This document shows, piece after piece, positions 26,062 through 32,000 of a stretch of 32,000 nt of DNA (position 1 is its first letter; every line of letters begins with the position of its first letter). The position numbers were made by a program, and so were the translations under genes. The notes under the pieces were generated by a model. It did no database searches, had not been told where the DNA came from, and worked only from the letters and a program-made list of their open reading frames with translations. Source of the stretch: Mycolicibacterium smegmatis (GTDB lineage: Bacteria; Actinomycetota; Actinomycetes; Mycobacteriales; Mycobacteriaceae); the NCBI RefSeq assembly GCF_001457595.1, contig NZ_LN831039.1:3540001-3572000 (forward strand). The letters run 5' to 3'.

Positions 26062-26667
26062 ATGGTCGAGCAGAGTCTCTGGATGCAGAAGGTCGCGGCC
26101 GATCCCGGGCATTCGCAGTGGTACATCGAACGCTTCCGCTCCCTGGCGCGCGCTGGTGAAGACCTCTTCGGCGAGGCCCGTCTTGTGGATGCCATGGCAC
26201 CGCGAAACGCCCACATCCTCGACGCGGGCTGCGGACCCGGTCGGCTGGGCGGATACCTGGCAGGTGTGGGGCATCGTGTGGTGGGTGTCGATGTCGACCC
26301 GGCCCTGATCGCCGCTGCCGAGGAGGACTACCCGGGACCGCGCTGGCTGGTCGGTGATCTCGCCGAACTCGATTTGCCGGTACGCGGGATCACCGAACCT
26401 TTCGACATCATCGTGTCCGCCGGCAATGTGATGACCTTCCTCGCGCCGAGCACCCGGGCCCAGGTGCTGTCCCGACTTCGCGCCCACTTGACCGACAACG
26501 GCCGCGCCGTGATCGGTTTCGGTGCAGGCCGCGACTACGGGTTCGAGGAGTTCCTCGCCGACGCGAAAGGGGCCGAGTTCACCCCGGATCAGCTGCTGTC
26601 CACCTGGGATGTGCGCCCGTTCAGCGAGGACTCCGACTTCCTCGTCGCAATTCTGCGTCGCGCGTAG
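26062..26667 (+). CDS. Class I SAM-dependent methyltransferase
   Basis: HILDAGCGPGRLGGYLAGVGHRVVGVDVDPALIAAAEEDYPGPRWLVGDLAELDL SAM-binding motif. Confidence 0.93.
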   Translation: MVEQSLWMQKVAADPGHSQWYIERFRSLARAGEDLFGEARLVDAMAPRNAHILDAGCGPGRLGGYLAGVGHRVVGVDVDPALIAAAEEDYPGPRWLVGDLAELDLPVRGITEPFDIIVSAGNVMTFLAPSTRAQVLSRLRAHLTDNGRAVIGFGAGRDYGFEEFLADAKGAEFTPDQLLSTWDVRPFSEDSDFLVAILRRA

Positions 26668-26668
26668 A

Positions 26669-28297
26669 TCACGCGGTCACCGGGCGGGGCACCGATCCCC
26701 GGTGCTCGGCAATGAGTGCCTGCGACGCCAGTTCGCCGATGACGACACACGGCGCCATCGTGTTACCCGTGGTCAGCCGGGGCAAGACCGATCCGTCCGC
26801 CACCCGCAGGCCGTCGAGGCCGTGGACCTTCAGTTGCGCATCGACCACCGACATGGGGCCGCGGCCCATCTTCGCCGTGCCGACCTGGTGCCAGAACGAA
26901 CCACCTGCGTTGCGAAGGAATTCGTCGAGATCCCGGCCGGCGAGGTCACCGGGCATGACCGGGCGACGCACATAAGGCCGAAGCTCCGCGGCGTTGCCAA
27001 ACTCGCGCAAGAATTCGACGCACTGGCGCGACTTGGCAACATCTTCGGGATGTGCCAGGGAATTGGCGTGTACTTCGACCGGATCGTCCGGGTGGCGGCC
27101 GGTCAATGTGACGGTGCCACGACTCTGCGGTCGGGCAACCGTGCCGTACAGAAACCACGCCGAAGCCGGCAGTGGGAACCGCTCGGCGGTTTCGGGTGTG
27201 CCGAAGGGAATACCGGTGAAGCAGGCGTACTGGTCCGGTGCGGCAAGACCCGACTCGCTCGACCAGTAGATGCAGGCCTGCCCGCGGGCGTCAGGGCCCC
27301 ATCCCGGCGGGAACTCCCACTCGACCGGAAACGCCAAGTGGTCTTGCAGATTTCGGCCGACGCCCGGTAGGTGGGCATTGACAGGGATGCCGAAGTAACG
27401 CAGTTGCCTCTCGTCGCCGATACCCGACTGCAGGAGCACCTTCGGGGTGTTGATCGCACCGAGCGACACGATCACCTCGGATCTGGCCGTGATTTCGTGC
27501 ACCTTCCCTCCGATCTTGACCTCGACAGCGGTGGCACGCCGGCCGACCACGACGATCCGTTGCACCACGGCGCCGGTCAACACGGTCAGGTCGACGCGCC
27601 CGAGAACCGGGACGACATACGCGCGGTAGATCGACTGTCGTCGACCGTCTTTGGTCAAGACCTCCAGCATGGCCGCTCCCCCGGGACCCTCCATCATCGC
27701 GCCGTTCGGGCTGTCGTAGGCGGGTAACCCAAGGGACTTCGCCGCCTCTATTGTCGCAACCGCACAGGGCTGGGGGTCGGGTATCGGTTCCACGTGTACC
27801 GGACCTCGGGTGCCACGCCGCACGGGATCCGGTGTGCCTGTCCAGTTCTCGACGCTGCGGTAGATCTCCAGCACGTTGTCGTAACCCCACGCAGGATCCC
27901 CGGCCTCTGCTGCGAAGAAGTTCCAGTCCGCCTTGTGTCCGCGCGCCCAGCACATCACGTTGATACTCGAACCACCGCCGAGCACCTTGCCCATGGACAT
28001 GGGAAGTGCACGATTGTTCAGATGGACGTTCTCCTCTGCGACGAACCCCCAGTCTCGTTCGGTTCCCAGGTTCGCCGGCCACCGCTGCGGATCCATGATG
28101 CTCTCGACGTCGTCGTCGCCTCCGGCCTCGAGCAGCAGGACGGAGGCGCCGAGCCCCTCGGCAAGTCGGCGTGCCACCACCGATCCCGTGGTGCCGGCCC
28201 CGCACACGATGAAGTCGTAGTCGACTCTGTCACCGGCCTCCAGACGGCTCAGAAGATTTCTCGTGCGCGCGAGATCTGATGTGTCAGTTGTCTTCAC
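26669..28297 (-). CDS. GMC family (choline dehydrogenase-like) FAD-dependent oxidoreductase
   Basis: DFIVCGAGTTGSVVARRLAEGLGASVLLLEAGGDD...MGKVLGGGSSINVMCWARGHKADW...SFWHQVGTAKMG...LRVADGSVLPRLTTGNTMAPCVVIGELAS. Confidence 0.97.
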   Translation of the reverse strand: MKTTDTSDLARTRNLLSRLEAGDRVDYDFIVCGAGTTGSVVARRLAEGLGASVLLLEAGGDDDVESIMDPQRWPANLGTERDWGFVAEENVHLNNRALPMSMGKVLGGGSSINVMCWARGHKADWNFFAAEAGDPAWGYDNVLEIYRSVENWTGTPDPVRRGTRGPVHVEPIPDPQPCAVATIEAAKSLGLPAYDSPNGAMMEGPGGAAMLEVLTKDGRRQSIYRAYVVPVLGRVDLTVLTGAVVQRIVVVGRRATAVEVKIGGKVHEITARSEVIVSLGAINTPKVLLQSGIGDERQLRYFGIPVNAHLPGVGRNLQDHLAFPVEWEFPPGWGPDARGQACIYWSSESGLAAPDQYACFTGIPFGTPETAERFPLPASAWFLYGTVARPQSRGTVTLTGRHPDDPVEVHANSLAHPEDVAKSRQCVEFLREFGNAAELRPYVRRPVMPGDLAGRDLDEFLRNAGGSFWHQVGTAKMGRGPMSVVDAQLKVHGLDGLRVADGSVLPRLTTGNTMAPCVVIGELASQALIAEHRGSVPRPVTA

Positions 28298-28594
28298 ATC
28301 AAGCCGAGACGAGTCGGCGTGCGGTTTGGTTCAGGCCGTATGGAACGTCTTCCGTGAATTTCGGTTTCCGACAATATATTCCACGTGTGGCGTCAAACTG
28401 AGATCTCCGCGCGTGGCCATGTGACCCCGTCATGACGCATACACGAATTGCATGCCGCGTCTGCGCGTCCGCAGCGGGCGCGGAGAATCAACACCACAAC
28501 CCCGCACGTGTCCCGATCCGACGGGCCGCGAGCAAACTGGCCGATATCTGGGGTAACGGCGTCGGCAGACAGCTGCGGCTGTAGCGTATCGCCG

Positions 28595-29236
28595 GTGAAC
28601 TATCGCGTGTCTTCCTCCGTCGCCATCGCGGCCTGCGCCGCGTCGCTTGCCATGCCCCTCGCCGCTTGCGGCTCCGACTCGGACACCGCTTCGTCAAGCA
28701 CGTCACCGGCCGGTTCGTCGACTGTTGCCGAGCTGGTCACGTCCAGTTCAACCGAGACTGCGGCACCCGCTGCCAGTACGTGCCCGACCGCCGCGCCCCA
28801 GGACGCCGCCGCTCCGGAGTGGACGCTGTCCGGAGCCACCGGCAGTGTCGAGGTCACCGGATCCACCGACGCCGCGGCACCGGTGATCAACGTCAACGGG
28901 CCGTTCAGCGTGACCGAAACCCAGGTCAAGACCCTGCAGCCGGGCGAAGGACCCGTCGTCGCGGACAACGCCACAGTTCTGGTTTGCTACATGGGTGTCA
29001 ACGGCCGCGACGGAACGGTGTTCGACAGCAGCTATGAGCGCGGCGCGCCGGTCGACTTCCCGCTCAACGGGGTGGTGGCCGGATTCCAGAAGGCCATCGC
29101 GGGCCAGACGGTCGGTTCCACGGTCGCCGTGGCGATGACGTCCGAGGACGGATACCCGAACGGTCAGCCGGCCGCAGGCATCGAGCCCGGTGACTCCCTG
29201 ATCTTCGCGATCAAGATTCTCGACGCCGCCAGCTGA
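28595..29236 (+). CDS. Secreted lipoprotein, FKBP-type peptidyl-prolyl cis-trans isomerase
   Basis: Signal peptide with lipobox (SLAMPLAAC|GSDSD) and FKBP core VLVCYMGVNGRDGTVFDSSYERGAPVDFPLNGVVAGFQKAIAGQTVGSTVAVAMTSEDGYPNG...GDSLIFAIKILD. Start ambiguous between GTG 28595 and GTG 28607. Confidence 0.9.
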   Translation: MNYRVSSSVAIAACAASLAMPLAACGSDSDTASSSTSPAGSSTVAELVTSSSTETAAPAASTCPTAAPQDAAAPEWTLSGATGSVEVTGSTDAAAPVINVNGPFSVTETQVKTLQPGEGPVVADNATVLVCYMGVNGRDGTVFDSSYERGAPVDFPLNGVVAGFQKAIAGQTVGSTVAVAMTSEDGYPNGQPAAGIEPGDSLIFAIKILDAAS

Positions 29237-29251
29237 CGAACCGAACAGCCG

Positions 29252-29287
29252 TGTAGCAGTCTGTTACACTCGTTTCAGACTGCTACA
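29252..29287. promoter_or_regulatory. Operator of toxin-antitoxin operon
   Basis: Perfect 12-bp inverted repeat TGTAGCAGTCTG-ttacactcgttt-CAGACTGCTACA. Candidate -10 TACACT (29265-29270) lies in the spacer, with Shine-Dalgarno GGAGG at 29289-29293 and ATG at 29300. Confidence 0.75.
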
Positions 29288-29299
29288 TGGAGGCGTGTC

Positions 29300-29692
29300 A
29301 TGACTGAGACCGCAGATCGGGTCACTCGCTTCGCCGCAGACCTGGTGGAGAGCGCCGCGGCCGAAGGCGCACGTCAGAGTAGGTCGGCCAAGCAGCAACT
29401 CGACCATTGGGCACGAGTGGGGCGGGCGGTGTCGAGCCAACACACCGCCGCCCGCCGCCGGGTGGAAGCCGCGCTCGCCGGGGACCTGGCGCTACGCGAT
29501 CTGACTCCTGAGGAAGGCGTCGTGTTCAACGCCGAGATCTCCGCCGCCATCGAAGAGAATCTGGCACACACCGATTACGGCCAGGTCCTCGCCGGGCGCG
29601 GCGTGACCACCGTCGCTCTCGACGACGACGGTGCCATCGTGCGGTACCAACCGGACGGCACCACGACCGTGCTGGCTCCTGCGCAGCGGTGA
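29300..29692 (+). CDS. ParD-like (TA_ParD-like) antitoxin family protein, putative antitoxin
   Basis: ARQSRSAKQQLDHWARVGRAVSSQHTAARRRVEAALAG resembles the ParD_like pattern SRSxxxQxxxWARxGR; 25-nt gap to the zeta-like toxin gene. Confidence 0.8.
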   Translation: MTETADRVTRFAADLVESAAAEGARQSRSAKQQLDHWARVGRAVSSQHTAARRRVEAALAGDLALRDLTPEEGVVFNAEISAAIEENLAHTDYGQVLAGRGVTTVALDDDGAIVRYQPDGTTTVLAPAQR

Positions 29693-29717
29693 TCGGCACA
29701 GACGGTGACGGGATCCG

Positions 29718-30296
29718 GTGAAACGACTCGATCTCGTCGTTGGGCCCAACGGCGCGGGCAAGAGCACTTTCGTCGAACTCACATTGGCCCCGCTGCTGAC
29801 GGGCAGTGCGTTCGTCAACGCCGACGAGATCGCCAAGCGTCGCTGGCCGCACGCCCCGGCCGAGCACTCCTACGATGCCGCACGCATCGCCTCCGACACC
29901 CGACTCAAGCTGATCGAACTCGGTGAATCGTTCATCGCCGAAACGGTGTTCTCACATCCCTCGAAACTTCAGCTCATCGACACCGCGCAGGCGGCTGGAT
30001 ACACCGTGGTAATGCACGTGGTGATGATCCCCGAGGATCTCGCCGTCCTACGCGTGCAGCACCGGGTACGAGCCGGTGGTCACCATGTGCCCGAGGAGAA
30101 GATCCGCGAACGGCACCAACGACTCTGGCCCCTCGTCGCGCTGGCGGCCGCCCGCGCCGACATCTCGACGTTCTATGACAACAGCGCCGTCAGGGGTCCG
30201 CGCATCGTTGCCCAACTCGCCGGCGGATTTGCTGTGGGCCGGCCCGCCTGGCCAATGTGGGCACCCCAGGTGCTCACCTCGCGGTGGCCCGAATAG
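29718..30296 (+). CDS. Zeta toxin family protein (UDP-N-acetylglucosamine kinase-like)
   Basis: MKRLDLVVGPNGAGKSTFVE Walker A, FVNADEIAKRRWP, FIAETVFSHPSKLQLIDTAQAAGYTVVMHVVMI, VQHRVRAGGHHVPEEKIRERHQRLWPL. Confidence 0.93.
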   Translation: MKRLDLVVGPNGAGKSTFVELTLAPLLTGSAFVNADEIAKRRWPHAPAEHSYDAARIASDTRLKLIELGESFIAETVFSHPSKLQLIDTAQAAGYTVVMHVVMIPEDLAVLRVQHRVRAGGHHVPEEKIRERHQRLWPLVALAAARADISTFYDNSAVRGPRIVAQLAGGFAVGRPAWPMWAPQVLTSRWPE

Positions 30297-30307
30297 ATTG
30301 TCGCGGT

Positions 30308-31660
30308 TCAGACTTCGACGGCCGCGGCAGGTCGCAGGCGGGCGATGATCCCGTCGAGATCCCGGATGAACATCTCGGGCCGGAAGATGTGCCCCCCGGG
30401 TACCTCATGGGCCTCGTGCGGAATGCCCGCGGCCCTGAGGCGCTCACGGAATTCACGCTGACCGGCGAGCACCTGGGTCTCGTTGACGCTGTCAAACCAG
30501 TTGAGCGGATCCGGACTGGTCCCGGCCACGAGGAACACGCGCTTGTTCCGGTAGCTCTCGATTCGTTCCACCGGATTGTCCGCGCTCACCCGCGCCTGGT
30601 CCCACAGCGGAGCGCCGTAGACGGTACCGCCACCGAGATCCAGCACCGCCGAGGTCAGATTCGCCCAGTGGACCACCAAACCGAAATCGCGCCGCAGGCT
30701 CGCCGGCCCGGAATGGCTGCTCACCGAAGCGAAATGGCCGTAGTACTTGGCGGCGTACTTCAGCGCGCCGAACCCGCCCATCGAGAACCCGGCGACCGCG
30801 CGTCCGTCGTACTCGGCATACGTACGGAAGTTCGCCTCGACCCATGGCAGCAACTGCGCGATGTGGAAGGTCTCCCAGTTTCGCGGCCCGACAAAGGATG
30901 CCACCGGATTGGAGTACCAACCGGCATGCCCGCCGTCCGGCATCACCACGATGATGGGTTTGCCCGCGGTCCAGTTCCTGATGCCGAGGAAGTCGAACGT
31001 GCGGAAGTCCTGGTCCCCACCTCCGTGAAGCAGATACAGCACGGGGTAGGTCTTACCGCTGGTGCGATAGTCGTCCGGCAGCAACACGTTGATGCCGGGG
31101 TTCCAGCCGACCGCCGCGGTCTGGAAGCGGTAGTACCACAGGCGAGGATCGCTCTCGTTGCGGTCGACGATGCGCAGGCCGAAGCCGTCACTTCGCCCGG
31201 CAAATATCAACAGCACCCGGCCGACCTCTATGACGTTGGGGTTCGGTATGCCGTTGACCGCGGCGATCAACGGATAGAACGCCGAATCTCCATAGAACCG
31301 TGTGGCGAGCGCCGACAGCGTGTCCCCGGCGACCACGGGGTATCGCGTGATGTCCGGGATGACCAGTCGCTGTCCGGCCTCGGCATCTGTGGTCGGCGCG
31401 ATACCGCTCGCAGCGGCGATCAGCGGCGCCAGGGCGGCATCGGCGTAGAACCGCGCGGCCACATCCGACAACGTCTCCCCAGGGACCACCGTGTGCCGCA
31501 CGAAGTCGGGAAAGATGAGCCTCTGGCCCACCGCGATGACGCCGGGATCCGGAATGCCGCTGGCTGTCGCGATCAGCGGATACAGATCGGCTTCGCCGTA
31601 GAACCGCAACGCCAAGCCGGACAACGTCTCCCCCGCGGCTACCGTATGCGTCCTGACCAT
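30308..31660 (-). CDS. Triple LysM domain protein fused to a putative esterase (alpha/beta hydrolase, PF00756-like)
   Basis: Three LysM units (HTVAAGETLSGLALRFYG..., HTVVPGETLSDVAARFYA..., YPVVAGDTLSALATRFYG...) then YPVLYLLHGGGD...GRAVAGFSMGGFGALKYA...HEVPGGHIF. Start taken at ATG 31660. Confidence 0.92.
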   Translation of the reverse strand: MVRTHTVAAGETLSGLALRFYGEADLYPLIATASGIPDPGVIAVGQRLIFPDFVRHTVVPGETLSDVAARFYADAALAPLIAAASGIAPTTDAEAGQRLVIPDITRYPVVAGDTLSALATRFYGDSAFYPLIAAVNGIPNPNVIEVGRVLLIFAGRSDGFGLRIVDRNESDPRLWYYRFQTAAVGWNPGINVLLPDDYRTSGKTYPVLYLLHGGGDQDFRTFDFLGIRNWTAGKPIIVVMPDGGHAGWYSNPVASFVGPRNWETFHIAQLLPWVEANFRTYAEYDGRAVAGFSMGGFGALKYAAKYYGHFASVSSHSGPASLRRDFGLVVHWANLTSAVLDLGGGTVYGAPLWDQARVSADNPVERIESYRNKRVFLVAGTSPDPLNWFDSVNETQVLAGQREFRERLRAAGIPHEAHEVPGGHIFRPEMFIRDLDGIIARLRPAAAVEV

Positions 31661-32000
31661 ACGTCCCCTCCTCAGATGTCGAATTGACGACACTGCCGAT
31701 TCGTCTGGCGCCCACGAGTCTAGGCATGGGGGAAGGAGAATCGTCCGCGTTCCAAAGCATTGCCGGACTCGTTGGGCGGTCCTGGCGGGCGCAGGGCGTC
31801 GATCGACCGTGAAACCGACACCGTCCTCCCGATGCCGGGCCGGTGCCGTCGCCTCGGATTCAGCAAACCGCAGCCGGCTGATCGGCAGTTGAGCCCAAAA
31901 AATGCTTTTGGTTTGAACCGCAGCCGAAACGGTAATTCTGTTGGCGTCAATTTATCCAACAACTGGATGACCACAAGTCAGAACGGATTCAGCAATGATT

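Noticed and set aside
29252-29287. The perfect hairpin as a Rho-independent terminator of the FKBP gene
   Set aside because: No downstream T-tract and a long 12-nt loop. It lies directly upstream of a TA operon with a -10-like box in the loop, so an operator fits better.
30308-31660. A cell-wall circuit linking zeta toxin (UDP-GlcNAc phosphorylation) with the adjacent LysM esterase
   Set aside because: The genes are convergent and the only link is a shared peptidoglycan theme. No sequence evidence for co-regulation.
30257-31687. 476-aa plus-strand ORF opposite the LysM-esterase gene
   Set aside because: Typical high-GC antisense shadow ORF. The minus-strand frame has clear LysM and esterase motifs.
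1-32000. CRISPR arrays, tRNA/rRNA genes, prophage or a recognised anti-phage island
   Set aside because: No regularly spaced repeats, no cloverleaf or rRNA signature, and no phage structural or defence core genes were seen beyond the single IS and the TA pair.

Overview
This 32 kb window comes from a high-GC actinobacterial chromosome, probably Corynebacteriales/Mycobacteriales-like (Gordonia, Rhodococcus or Mycobacterium relatives). That assignment is inferred from gene content and codon style. I support about 27 coding regions: a DUF222/HNH protein; MFS, MHS-type, EamA and FUSC transporters; seven small regulators (three TetR, plus CGNR, MerR, MarR and IclR); an epoxide hydrolase; a quinone oxidoreductase; a MOSC protein; a polysaccharide deacetylase; two SRPBCC proteins; a ferritin-like-fold candidate; two SDRs; a 2-hydroxyacid dehydrogenase; two or three methyltransferases; an MBL-fold hydrolase; an acyltransferase 3; a GMC oxidoreductase; an FKBP-type lipoprotein; a ParD-like/zeta toxin pair; and a triple-LysM/esterase fusion. 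The clearest structural events are: (1) a complete IS256-family element (22493-23980, 9-bp target duplication TGACCCAGC, 24-bp imperfect terminal repeats) that splits an NTF2/SnoaL-like gene, whose ancestral 124-aa frame can be rebuilt exactly; (2) a compact ParD-like antitoxin/zeta toxin operon preceded by a perfect 12-bp inverted repeat flanking a candidate -10 box; (3) palindromes and duplicated motifs at several regulator-associated promoters, many apparently driving leaderless transcripts. I found no CRISPR array, tRNA, rRNA or recognisable multigene defence island. Nothing here can be called a new biological system from sequence alone. The zeta module with a non-epsilon partner and the LysM-esterase fusion are the best candidates for follow-up.
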